This document shows, one piece after another, positions 48,101 through 55,461 of a stretch of 64,000 nt of DNA (the first letter of the stretch is position 1; each line of letters starts with the position of its first letter). This DNA is from a virus, in the IMG/VR virus record IMGVR_UViG_3300031159_000072, positions 1 to 64,000 of that record; one strand, 5' to 3'. The position numbers and the translations under genes are program-made. The notes under the pieces were generated by a model. That model did not search any database and was not told the DNA's origin. It saw only the letters and a list, made by a program, of their open reading frames with translations.

Positions 48101-51100
48101 GCGCGCGAACCTCGTGTCGGCTCGCAAGGCCGCGCAGCGCGAGATGGAGCGCACGAGACGCAACGGCTCCGCCATGCTCGGCGTGGACACGGACGACCGT
48201 CTGGCGCAGTTGCAGAACGAGATCAGCCAGTACGACGCCCTCATCGCCGACATCGACCGCGACCTCGCCGACCTGGGCATCCAGCCGCAGCCGCTGGTCC
48301 TGCCGCTCGTCGTGCGCATGCTGCGGCCGTTCGACCTGCGGATCGACACGCGCTACCGCCGCACGGACCCGGCCATCGCCGAGATCGAGGACGTCCTCAG
48401 CACCTCGGACGTCGTCAACCCGATCATCGTCCAGCAGGTCTTCAACGACATCCCCGAGAGCGGCGTCAACGGCGTCGAGCTGTACCAGGCCATTCTGCTC
48501 CGGGCTTTCACCGACGACGGCCGCACCGAGAGCGAGGCCAAGACGGAGATCGCCGCGCTGCTGCAAGACCTCGGCTACGACGGCCTGCGCACCACGCACG
48601 AGAACGCGCTGAGGAGCGGTGCCGTCGTCGAGCACGAGGGCCTGGTCGTCTTCGACCCGGCCAACGTCAAGCACGTCAACGCCCGCTGGTTCGACTGGAA
48701 CAACGAGGGGCTCTACCGCAGCGAGATCCAGACGCCGATCGCGCCGTCGGCGTCGATCGTCGAGGCGGCCCTCGAGACGGACGCGCCGTTCAACACGCGC
48801 AACCCGGCGCCCATGCTCAGCGCCTTCCAGGCGGCCGGCGTCGGCCCGGCCCTGACGGGCCTGGCCCGCAAGGTTCTGCGCCGCGAGGCCCCGACCCCGA
48901 CCGATATGGAAACGGCCCGCAAGTTCTCCTGGCCGCTCCAGCTCCGCTCGAACAGCCGCCGCCTGCGTGAGATCAGCAATGCGCACTATGTGGCCGACTG
49001 GATCGCGCCGGAGAACGGCCCCGGCATCGCCGAGCGTCACAACCAGGAGCTGGCCGCCAAGGTCGTTCCCGTCTTCGAGATGCTCAACAAGCTGCCCGGC
49101 GCCGGCGCCGTCAACCGCTGGCGGCACAGCCTGAAGTTCTGGGGGCAGGTCAGCCAGCCGGAGAGCTTCACCCGCATCGTCAAGGCCATGCGGCGCGGCG
49201 ACCCGAGCAACCTTAGCGCCGACGAGCGCCGCATCTACGATCGCATCTCCACCCTCTTCCGCGAGGAGCTGGGGCGTCTGCGCGACGCCGGCGTCGAGAT
49301 CGGGAACATCCTGAACTACTTCCCGCAGGTCTGGGACGTCGAGGCGATCCGCCGCAACACCGACGAGTTCCGCGCCAAGCTGGCCGACTACTTCCAGCGC
49401 GAGTCCCGCCTCGACCCGGCCCGCAGCCCGATCGGCCGCGAGGACGCGCTCGGCCGCGCCGACCGCGTCCTCCAGAGGCTGCTCGACGACGAGGGCGTCT
49501 ACATCCCGCCAAAGGCCGAGACGGCCTCGCCGACGAGCGACCACGTCGACTACAACCGCATGATAAAGCTCCACCTTCCGGACTTCCGGGAGGACCTGGA
49601 CGCCCTTGAGCCGTTCCTGGTCAGCGACCTCCAGGGGCTTCTGGCGAAGTACTTCGACGGCAGCACCAGACGCATCCAGTTCAACCAGCAGTGGGGCGTC
49701 AACAACCATGCCTTCCACGACTACAAGGCGGTGGCCGCCTACGGCCTGCCGGCGGTGCGCGAGCTGCTGTCCACGCGCAAGATCCTCAACGTCGATCGCC
49801 GCGTCGTGACCGACGAGGGCGTCGAGGTCGTCTCGCTGCGCAAGAACCTGATGGTGCCGCTCGACTTCAACGTCGTGGGCGAGGCGGCCCAGACGGCCCT
49901 CGACATGGTTCAGGCCGGCGACAAGGCGGGGGCCAAGCGCTACCTGATGTCGCTTCAGCCCTACCAGACGCCGACCTACGAGCGCCGCGTCGACGCCATC
50001 GTGAACGCGCTCGCCGACTTCGGCGGCCGCCCGCGCGGCATGGCCAATCAAGAGCTGAAGTTCATGGACGGTCTGTTCCGCACGCTCCAGCGCAAGCCGA
50101 TCGACACCGGACCGTTCTTCGAGGGCTCGCTCAAGGCCAGCAAGTTCCTGCGCAACTTCAACAGCGTGACGCTGCTCGGCTTCACCACGCTCACCAGCGT
50201 GCCAGACGTGGCCCTGCCACTGATCCGCAGCGGCAACATGAAGGCGTGGCTCTCCGGCCTGCGAAAGTGGGGGACGGACCCGGACTACCGGGCGGCCATC
50301 CGCAACGTCGGCGTCGGCGTCGAGAACATCGTCCACCAGCAGCTCGCCACCCTCTACGGCAACGCTGGCGGGCGGTTCTCCAACGCCTTCTTCAACGCGA
50401 CGATGCTGGCCGGCTGGACCCAGACGCAGCGCGAGATCGCCGGCCTGGTCGCCTTCGAGGCGTTCAAGACCGAAGCCCGTCGCATGCTCCAGAACCAGCC
50501 GCGCATCGTCAACGGCGTGCCCGTGGCCAACCGCGCCCATCGAATGGCCAGACGCTTCCTCGAACGGTACGGTCTCGAGCACTACGGCCGGCCCGGCGCG
50601 CCCAACCTCGACGACATCAACGTCCTGCGCAACGACCCGAAGGTTCGCGCGGCGATCATCAAGTTCGCCAACGAGACCATCTTCGCGCCGAACCCGAACG
50701 ACATCCCGCTCTGGGCGCAGACGCCCTGGGGCTCGGTCGCGTTCCAGCTCAAGAGCTTCCCGCTCATGATGGGGCGCCTGGCCAAGGACGTGCTGAAAGA
50801 AGCCGGGCGCGGCAACGTCGCGCCGCTGCTCTACATGGCGTCGATCGGCGCCGGCCTCGGCGCGGCGCAGATGGCCATCAAGGACGTCGTGCAGGCCCGC
50901 GGCGGCGAGGACGAGCGCTCGTTCGACCTGCGCGAGCGCAGCCTGAGCCAGATCGCCGAGGCCATGGGCTACGACGTCCGTCTGCACGGCGACGTCGACA
51001 CGTTCCTCGGCTGGTACGTCGAGAGCTTCATGGCCCTGGGCGGCCTCGGCATGGTGGCCGAGCTGCTCTACAACACGGCCTCCATGCTCGACAACGGCAG

Positions 51101-51398
51101 CTTCGGCTTCCAGCGGACGATGGGCTACCTGTTCGGCCCGACCGTCGGCACCGCCGCAAGCGCCTTCAACGTGGCCGCCGGCGTCACCTCCCTGATCCGC
51201 GACGAAGACAGCAACGCCAAGCTGCGCACGGCCGTGCGCGAGACGGCACTGCGCGTGCCCGTCGCCGGTGGCATCCGCGCCTTCCGTGAGGGCGCCACGG
51301 ACCTTATCGCCGGAGAGGCGCAGCGAGGCGGCGGTGGTGGCGGGTTCGGAAGAGGCTTTGAGGGCGGTTTCGACAGTGGCTTAGGAGGGGGCTTCTGA
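42165..51398 (+). CDS. giant internal-virion 'polyvalent' protein (3077 aa) with two HExxH zincin-like motifs
   Basis: Single uninterrupted ORF; HEVAH at nt 45261-45275 and HEIGH at nt 47313-47327; sits between internal-virion genes and the lysis cassette. Confidence 0.75.
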   Translation: MGHSPFHVDGHAHMAVLSTAPLTPEQVLALARQRAQALAAGDYTAVINPRTITKDPRFLADLRLFYRERDGQEFATDEELLDYFFEDRNWRNLNTVSIARDVADAYGMSEDQRARMRRIQSVFDALPSFWREGGRGVAALPDIAGAVLADPLNLIPGTAGAKVGIQAARAGAPVASAALRGGARAALLEGAASGAIEAGADIGLQARDIQIGLQDEFSPGQTAASAASGALLTAPISGAIGAGSAIAGFRREAARLGQQAAEEAAAQERAANAPIQAAQARGLLMPLPEATDPQAAAREAQLRAMERPAGPSPNIQQRLRDVEDIIRQALADGNPQPEELATLQREHALLLRMANFERTKPARVAEIEQLTEQGKYEEASKKRIALMQDEALFARLSADPQQLDFLDELAAPQEPTATAAAPAPDAPPTSGAPEQQPATVQSEQSAQSAAQAAQSPEQTLDDDAIVEQLISLLEMLGPQGARREVFEAAVDADPALAPARERLLQTYDSLMEQYADSASAALTPQQQQFVENEVALYRLKLAKEEPDLTPVQVEARVATLRLMITRRLLQGAAPEQAVPSPAERGPTPSRLGKPDFNIVKPDRLPSWMRKGDFIGRAPSVGQFSMEAARARAREMAGARGNVRDVAPFRFVWDGKATRTADGQRIKSGDEVFYDPRTDKLWAKDTNIPGQEKKPAARPEQPAPEEATPADPGAAAVRAAAEELARTGDMAAFRARLAEILGEGKVASPETSKARPDTSKVRPDAGAGGTQQGTSGEPQTSGENRIGSDSEPNLFIPEGRVLAVQRRSNPNDIRVASPNQVASGAGPEALIGRGNPDDWVVGHVPAGSRSGKVAPDAFTPADATAARVPERAPEPTAEGKLPPDWTELANIKVPWGGGEITAQELLRNVRAMENAPWPRTTLGVLDTIQYLRDAYRVLPDFRQPVASREEAVQQITKIFEDRDPATIVAARDFIRRLGGDPNVAPIIDTDVVPNAFGSFTHLPTNPDRFNRVHIGVLPENDPTRYKPEISTFYHEVAHWAYHNILTPTDRLAFWESILEQYKAGGPKDLRGLPRSVSRRVARNLPHVEGNALESPQEYFANQFEQWMASGGRTPGNQTLWRRVAEIIENLIRRFFDKGLIDPALEPLFAKILPDDVARARVETPTVEPKTQAGRDIRAAMGTADQERIDLERRLNTLDPQPMAAAIFNASRGLARLMSSETLPIDVRERFQERVGAIHEKMNEAAGRSLSSDEQVLALANIGNDIVDLHHDLQRELAAAFKAAEGGEPRLPGNPHEAKREPQTPLGRVALRNLALIEDARAAMQQALLTESASIPDVMRDTAKQLQSVATLGSMRRLRGQFNELARQIYALTGSDGTDPDFPGVTTSLSDDTVSQLFNLAAEVDDAFNRASDTLKRVFKRVEKYDPDTGRAWRRSALGAKYAARAKIRKQIAKRAERQQAQTNAAVNKVVTTPKARRQTAPTPAEEQAGAPSLLKMSDEDLTAELNRVGIGTARGQQIAFEIARRAAAKPVEVDPNTRVPLDIFRMRGAELRAALDEALQAGDRERVTQIRAEIQRRADKRAMRPRNSAVQRAIAREVEANAGVPTDDGIPFYADEHAKEILRRITHRDPQAQYAARVMTYRMLNLLGRTAREGLAQTNIMSVGDLYRLAGSPLPEGVDPEGAFFDFSDPAFAKLRADLRRMAIGLKEGQATPMTVMHEIGHMVLRTNLFSPEERASIVEAFQKADDEVAQAIRNNPAYGEEPLETRAEEWFVERWANYAAERVAKGDVWRARLEGPDAEANLRLKSRLEVILDRLVEAVAYVVNGLIGRNDIKQMFRRMTFYGDMLGGSRVEGATQVALPPELARAYSEKAMRAAGMSRKQRMEAFVANGVGRGPNGEVRIFFHGTPSGAAFNRRRNPDVVLEPSSNGLWGPGVYATDNEAVATEVYAADATPTAVRRMAEEKGLDPEAVRFVEESAEMRANLVSARKAAQREMERTRRNGSAMLGVDTDDRLAQLQNEISQYDALIADIDRDLADLGIQPQPLVLPLVVRMLRPFDLRIDTRYRRTDPAIAEIEDVLSTSDVVNPIIVQQVFNDIPESGVNGVELYQAILLRAFTDDGRTESEAKTEIAALLQDLGYDGLRTTHENALRSGAVVEHEGLVVFDPANVKHVNARWFDWNNEGLYRSEIQTPIAPSASIVEAALETDAPFNTRNPAPMLSAFQAAGVGPALTGLARKVLRREAPTPTDMETARKFSWPLQLRSNSRRLREISNAHYVADWIAPENGPGIAERHNQELAAKVVPVFEMLNKLPGAGAVNRWRHSLKFWGQVSQPESFTRIVKAMRRGDPSNLSADERRIYDRISTLFREELGRLRDAGVEIGNILNYFPQVWDVEAIRRNTDEFRAKLADYFQRESRLDPARSPIGREDALGRADRVLQRLLDDEGVYIPPKAETASPTSDHVDYNRMIKLHLPDFREDLDALEPFLVSDLQGLLAKYFDGSTRRIQFNQQWGVNNHAFHDYKAVAAYGLPAVRELLSTRKILNVDRRVVTDEGVEVVSLRKNLMVPLDFNVVGEAAQTALDMVQAGDKAGAKRYLMSLQPYQTPTYERRVDAIVNALADFGGRPRGMANQELKFMDGLFRTLQRKPIDTGPFFEGSLKASKFLRNFNSVTLLGFTTLTSVPDVALPLIRSGNMKAWLSGLRKWGTDPDYRAAIRNVGVGVENIVHQQLATLYGNAGGRFSNAFFNATMLAGWTQTQREIAGLVAFEAFKTEARRMLQNQPRIVNGVPVANRAHRMARRFLERYGLEHYGRPGAPNLDDINVLRNDPKVRAAIIKFANETIFAPNPNDIPLWAQTPWGSVAFQLKSFPLMMGRLAKDVLKEAGRGNVAPLLYMASIGAGLGAAQMAIKDVVQARGGEDERSFDLRERSLSQIAEAMGYDVRLHGDVDTFLGWYVESFMALGGLGMVAELLYNTASMLDNGSFGFQRTMGYLFGPTVGTAASAFNVAAGVTSLIRDEDSNAKLRTAVRETALRVPVAGGIRAFREGATDLIAGEAQRGGGGGGFGRGFEGGFDSGLGGGF

Positions 51399-52063
51399 TG
51401 ACGCGCGGCATTAGGAACAACAACCCCGGCAACATTGAGAATGTGCCGGGTGTCATCTGGCAGGGCACCGACGAGACGCGGAGCGACCCGCGCTTCGTCG
51501 TGTTCAAGGAGCCGAAGTGGGGAATCCGGGCCATCGCCCGCGTCCTCATCACCTACCAGGACAAGCGGCGGGCCAAAGACGGATCGCGCATCGACACGAT
51601 TCAAGAGATCATCGAGCGCTGGGCGCCGGCCCCGGAGAACGACACCGCGTCCTACGTGTCGCACGTCTCGAAGCTTCTGGAGATCGGGTCGACAGACACG
51701 ATCGACGTCTACGACTACGAGACGATGAAGCGTCTGGTAAAGGCGATCATCCTGCACGAGAACGGCCAGCAGCCCTACACCGACGCGCAGATCGACGCCG
51801 GCCTCGTCCTCGCCGGCATCGAGCCGCCGGTCCGCGACCTCGGCAAGACGCGCACGGTGCGCGGCGGCAAGATCGGCATCGGCGCCACGGGCGCGGTCGT
51901 GGCCGCCGAAGTCCTCGAAGACCTTCGGGTCGTCCAGGATCAGCTCGTTCAGATCATGCCGTACCTGGAGATCGCCAAGTACGCCTTCCTCGCCGTCACG
52001 CTCATCGGCTTCGGCGTCATGCTGTGGGCGCGTCTGGACGACCGCCGGAAGGGTCTGCGATGA
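51398..52063 (+). CDS. putative peptidoglycan hydrolase/endolysin-like protein with a C-terminal TM anchor
   Basis: N-terminal MTRGIRNNNPGNIE motif; C-terminal helix IAKYAFLAVTLIGFGVMLWA; immediately upstream of the spanins. Confidence 0.45.
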   Translation: MTRGIRNNNPGNIENVPGVIWQGTDETRSDPRFVVFKEPKWGIRAIARVLITYQDKRRAKDGSRIDTIQEIIERWAPAPENDTASYVSHVSKLLEIGSTDTIDVYDYETMKRLVKAIILHENGQQPYTDAQIDAGLVLAGIEPPVRDLGKTRTVRGGKIGIGATGAVVAAEVLEDLRVVQDQLVQIMPYLEIAKYAFLAVTLIGFGVMLWARLDDRRKGLR

Positions 52064-52305
52064 CGTTCCTCTGGAGCCTCGCCCAGAGATTCGGGCTCAC
52101 CGCCCTGAAGTGGGCGGCCGTCGCGCTCGCCGTCTTGCTCGTCCTGCTCGGCGCCCGGTCGGCGGGGCGCAACGCGGAGCGCGTCGACCGCCTGGAGCAG
52201 ACCCTCAAGAACGTGAGAAAGCGCGATGAAGTGGAGAACGCTGTGCGCCGCGCCCCTGATGGCGCTGCTGCTAAGCTCCTGCTCGAACGCTGGTCCCGCG
52301 ACTAG
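52060..52305 (+). CDS. i-spanin (Rz-like)
   Basis: 81 aa; N-terminal TM LTALKWAAVALAVLLVLLGA, then charged coiled coil RVDRLEQTLKNVRKRDEVENAVRR; contains the o-spanin gene in the +1 frame. Confidence 0.7.
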   Translation: MTFLWSLAQRFGLTALKWAAVALAVLLVLLGARSAGRNAERVDRLEQTLKNVRKRDEVENAVRRAPDGAAAKLLLERWSRD

Positions 52306-52420
52306 CGAGTACTGCGCCCTCGCCAAACCGATCTACGTGAGCCGAGCGGACGTCCTCACCGACGAGACGGCGAGGCAGATCTACGCCCACAACGAGACTT
52401 GGCGGGAGATCTGCCGCTAA
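52226..52420 (+). CDS. o-spanin (Rz1-like lipoprotein), embedded in the i-spanin gene
   Basis: 64 aa; lipobox LLLSSC; classic embedded Rz/Rz1 architecture. Confidence 0.7.
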   Translation: MKWRTLCAAPLMALLLSSCSNAGPATSEYCALAKPIYVSRADVLTDETARQIYAHNETWREICR

Positions 52421-52423
52421 CAC

Positions 52424-52918
52424 TCAGGCCACCTTCGTCGTCTTACCGATGGGGCGGTCGTCTTCCATGATCCCGCGCTCGGCGCAGTCGATGAGAATGC
52501 CGGCGCAAGCGCGAATGTGGGCCAGGTGCGGCTGGCCGCTTTCCGGGTCGATGTCTTCGCCCGTGTACCAGGCGAACAGATGGCGCAGGATGGCGTCGTA
52601 GTAGACGCTGGCCACCACGCCCGCCACACCCCAGTTATACCCGCCGTACTTGTCTGCGCCGTGCGCCATCACCCGACCCTCGTAGGCCAGGGCAATGGGT
52701 GGAATGTGCCGGAACGGCTGCTTCCTCCGCCCGCAGTCGTGCTTGGGATTGAGTTTGGGGTCAAGGTGCGGGTCGGAAGCCAGGCGCTTCAGCTCGTCCA
52801 GCGGCCCGACCGGCGGCGCGAACTCCCACGGCGACTGCGCGCCGATGCGGTTGTCCGGCTCCGCGCCGACTCTCTCCGGCGCAATGTTTTCGAGCGGCTT
52901 GCTGGGGTCGTTCACCAC
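52424..52918 (-). CDS. dATP/dGTP diphosphohydrolase-like (DUF5664-type) protein, GTG start
   Basis: NDPSKP...ALAYEGRVMAHGADKYGGYNW...ILRHLFAWYTGEDIDPESGQPHLAHI; GTG overlaps the upstream stop (GTGGTGA) with GAGG 5 nt upstream. Confidence 0.55.
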   Translation of the reverse strand: MVNDPSKPLENIAPERVGAEPDNRIGAQSPWEFAPPVGPLDELKRLASDPHLDPKLNPKHDCGRRKQPFRHIPPIALAYEGRVMAHGADKYGGYNWGVAGVVASVYYDAILRHLFAWYTGEDIDPESGQPHLAHIRACAGILIDCAERGIMEDDRPIGKTTKVA

Positions 52919-53232
52919 GGCCTCGCATCGACAATGACTTCGTGGTTTTCCGCCATGGCCACCTGGTAGCGCAGGCGCGCGGACATGATGCGCGCGTCCA
53001 GATTTTCGATCTGGTGCCACAGCTCTGCGGACTCTCCCTTGAGGTGCCGGATCTTGGCGAGCGCGCTCTTGCGCTCGCCGTCTCCGACACCCGGCTCACT
53101 GAGCCGTTCGCGGATGCTCGCGATTTCGTCGGCCTTCAACTGATGCTGGTGCGCGGCCTTGTTGCGCTCCAGCGACAGACGCTCGATCTCCTCGATGAGG
53201 GCGCGTGGCGTCTCACTGACTGCTTTGCTCAT
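52912..53232 (-). CDS. hypothetical coiled-coil protein (106 aa)
   Basis: Charged helical sequence. Confidence 0.45.
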   Translation of the reverse strand: MSKAVSETPRALIEEIERLSLERNKAAHQHQLKADEIASIRERLSEPGVGDGERKSALAKIRHLKGESAELWHQIENLDARIMSARLRYQVAMAENHEVIVDARPW

Positions 53233-53455
53233 CGTACTTCCTGACTATCTCACGGGCCATCGCAATGATCTCGCCCCGCCTGGCCTCGACACGCTTGGCC
53301 AGCTCAACCTTGCGGCTGCTGAAGCGCATCATGGCCACGCGCTCGGCCTCCTTCGCCAGCTTCAGCCAGCGCTCGAACAGCCAGCGCGGAGCCCGAAAAA
53401 CCTCCGTCGGCGGCTGTCCCAGCCATCCGAACGACCTCCTCTCCCTCTCGTCCAT
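53213..53455 (-). CDS. hypothetical protein (start uncertain; overlaps 53304..53678)
   Basis: MDERERRSFGWLGQPPTEVF...; alternative start MMRFSS at 53332. Confidence 0.3.
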   Translation of the reverse strand: MDERERRSFGWLGQPPTEVFRAPRWLFERWLKLAKEAERVAMMRFSSRKVELAKRVEARRGEIIAMAREIVRKYDEQSSQ

Positions 53456-53678
53456 CACGCAACCTTTTGCCCTTGTCGGTGATGACGTAGACCGTTTCCC
53501 GCCGCCAGACGCCGTTGCGGAGAACTTCCAGAAAACTCCGCTTGATCGCGCCCGCCCGCTCGCACGCCCGGATCGTCGACGCATAGACGCACCGCCCGTC
53601 TGGGCGGTGCATCGGCAGGCGGCCGTCGACATCGGCCATGGCAAGCCAAGCTACCTGTGCCCCGGTCAGAGTTTGCAT
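53304..53678 (-). CDS. hypothetical protein (124 aa)
   Basis: MQTLTGAQVAWLAMADVDGRLPMHRPDGRCVYASTIRACERAG... Confidence 0.4.
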   Translation of the reverse strand: MQTLTGAQVAWLAMADVDGRLPMHRPDGRCVYASTIRACERAGAIKRSFLEVLRNGVWRRETVYVITDKGKRLRDGREGEEVVRMAGTAADGGFSGSALAVRALAEAGEGGRARGHDALQQPQG

Positions 53679-53682
53679 GGCG

Positions 53683-54126
53683 TCACCCAAGGATCTTCCG
53701 AACCACATGAATGGCCGATTCGAGATCCCCCACCACCCATCCGGACAGCTCGCGCACGAACGGATGGTCATGCACGTTGCCCGGCTCCATGATCGTGACG
53801 ATCGGAATGCGTCTGGCGTCGGCCCAGCCGAACTCGATCATCGAGCCGATCGAGCGGCGATCGGCGCCCAGCAGGTTGGCCACCATCAGGTCGCAGCGCA
53901 TCGTGTCGTAGCGGTCGCGCTCCACGATCGCGCGCTGGTTGCTCATGAGCGTGTCGGCCGTGAACGGCATCGTCGGCAAGTCGGCCAGGTACTCCTTGCC
54001 CCTCATTGGGGACAGGCAGGGGATGTGGGGCGGCATCGCTCGCGCGAACTCTTTCCGCCACGCGACGGCGCCTTCATACGTCCGCCCCTCGATGGGGCCG
54101 CACAGGTAGATCGTCTTCGTTTGCAT
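53683..54126 (-). CDS. nucleoside 2-deoxyribosyltransferase-like protein
   Basis: MQTKTIYLCGPIEGR... (YLxGPI signature), 147 aa; upstream of the ORF is GC artefact. Confidence 0.55.
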   Translation of the reverse strand: MQTKTIYLCGPIEGRTYEGAVAWRKEFARAMPPHIPCLSPMRGKEYLADLPTMPFTADTLMSNQRAIVERDRYDTMRCDLMVANLLGADRRSIGSMIEFGWADARRIPIVTIMEPGNVHDHPFVRELSGWVVGDLESAIHVVRKILG

Positions 54127-54929
54127 CACTCTCTTGGTAGGGGTCTGTAGACTTCGTACTCTCCGCACACCGCGGTCGCTTCGCGGTTGTGCTTGCCGCA
54201 GTGCCATCCACCGCTCAGGTTCGGGACGGCGTGCGCACAGTTGTGGCAGGCCGGCTCGGGGAGCCGGCCGCCCCAGCAGACGTCGCGCTTGGAGCACTCC
54301 TTGCAGCGCCAGTCCGCCTCGCTCGTCGCCACCTTGCGGGCGCGGTTGCCGAGGACCGTCTCGATCTTCACGTTCGCCGCCGCATAGTCGAAGGCGTCGA
54401 ACTTGACGATCTCCGAGTGGTAGCTGCTCGTGTCCTTGTTGTAGGCCACCAGCAGCAGCTCGTGGATGCAGGCCAGCCCCATCTCAAGCTGCGCCTGCCA
54501 GTAGTAGCGTGGGTGCGACACCCTCACGCCGAACTTGGCGAACTTGCTCCAGTTCGCGTTGTTCATCGACTTGATCTCGAGCAGGCGCGTCTTGCCGTCC
54601 CGCATCTCGATCAGGCCGTCGGCCTTCGCCTTGACGTGCCCGCCATAGGCCAGGTACGTGAACTGCTTCCCGGTGAGCCCGTCCTTGTCCCAAACGTTGT
54701 AGCCGGCCTTGCGCAGGTCCTCGATGACAAGACGCTCGATGACGTGACCGACCTTGAAGACCCGCTTGACGCGCGGCGGGACCGGAACCTCCGGGAAGCT
54801 GCGCAGCGTGTAGGCCAGGAACGCTTCGCAGGGATGGCCGATCACGCCGGCGCTGATCGTCCTGCTCAGCCAGTCCGGCGGATCGGCCTCGTAGGCCCTG
54901 TCGATCTCGATGGCGGGAACGTCGAGCAC
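54126..54929 (-). CDS. PD-(D/E)xK nuclease, Cas4/RecB-like, with a C-terminal Cys cluster
   Basis: ...GLIEMRDGKTRLLEIKSMN (D...E-x-K) and CKECSKRDVC...CHNCAH...HCGKH. Confidence 0.65.
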   Translation of the reverse strand: MLDVPAIEIDRAYEADPPDWLSRTISAGVIGHPCEAFLAYTLRSFPEVPVPPRVKRVFKVGHVIERLVIEDLRKAGYNVWDKDGLTGKQFTYLAYGGHVKAKADGLIEMRDGKTRLLEIKSMNNANWSKFAKFGVRVSHPRYYWQAQLEMGLACIHELLLVAYNKDTSSYHSEIVKFDAFDYAAANVKIETVLGNRARKVATSEADWRCKECSKRDVCWGGRLPEPACHNCAHAVPNLSGGWHCGKHNREATAVCGEYEVYRPLPRE

Positions 54930-54935
54930 GAGGGC

Positions 54936-55448
54936 TCAGAACGGGATCGAGTCGTCGATCTCGTCCTCGCCGTCATACGAGTAGGACGGCGCGGCCTCGC
55001 GCTTGTAGCCAAGCTCGGCCGGATCGAAGTACGCGGCGCCGCGCTTGACCGGGCGGCCGCCGCCCTTGCGCATGACGCCGTCCTTCTCGTAGTCCTCGCT
55101 CTGCTCGACGTTGACGCCGACGATCAGGCCGTCGAGCGTCTTGATGTCACCCGGCTCGTCCGGGTTCGGATGGCCTCCGAATACGAGGAGCGACTTCAGG
55201 CGCTCGCGCCCAATGCGCTGGGCCGTCTGGGCGTTCTCCGTGTTGCCCGGCACGTAGACGCTGATGAAATCGCGCACGGAGCCGGAGCCGTTGATGTCGG
55301 TCAGGCGAACCTCGACCTGCCTGCCGCCGTTGCGCGTCTCCTTGATCTTCGGGTCGCTCACGCGGCAGACGTACCGCCCCGGCTTGAGGCTGCCGCCCGT
55401 CTGGACTTCGACTCCGGTCAGATTGAGGTCGCGAAAGGACCAGCTCAT
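54936..55448 (-). CDS. ssb: single-stranded DNA-binding protein
   Basis: 170 aa; N-terminal OB-like region; acidic tail ...YDGEDEIDDSIPF matches the SSB D-I-P-F terminus. Confidence 0.7.
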   Translation of the reverse strand: MSWSFRDLNLTGVEVQTGGSLKPGRYVCRVSDPKIKETRNGGRQVEVRLTDINGSGSVRDFISVYVPGNTENAQTAQRIGRERLKSLLVFGGHPNPDEPGDIKTLDGLIVGVNVEQSEDYEKDGVMRKGGGRPVKRGAAYFDPAELGYKREAAPSYSYDGEDEIDDSIPF

Positions 55449-55461
55449 TGGACACTCCTAA

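Noticed and set aside
42165-51398. The giant ORF as an N4-type virion RNA polymerase
   Set aside because: I could not find T7-like RNAP motifs (TxxGR, motif A/B/C Asp/Arg-Lys-Tyr-Gly). The two HExxH zincin-like motifs and the position after internal-virion genes fit a polyvalent/ejection protein better. Not excluded without profile searches.
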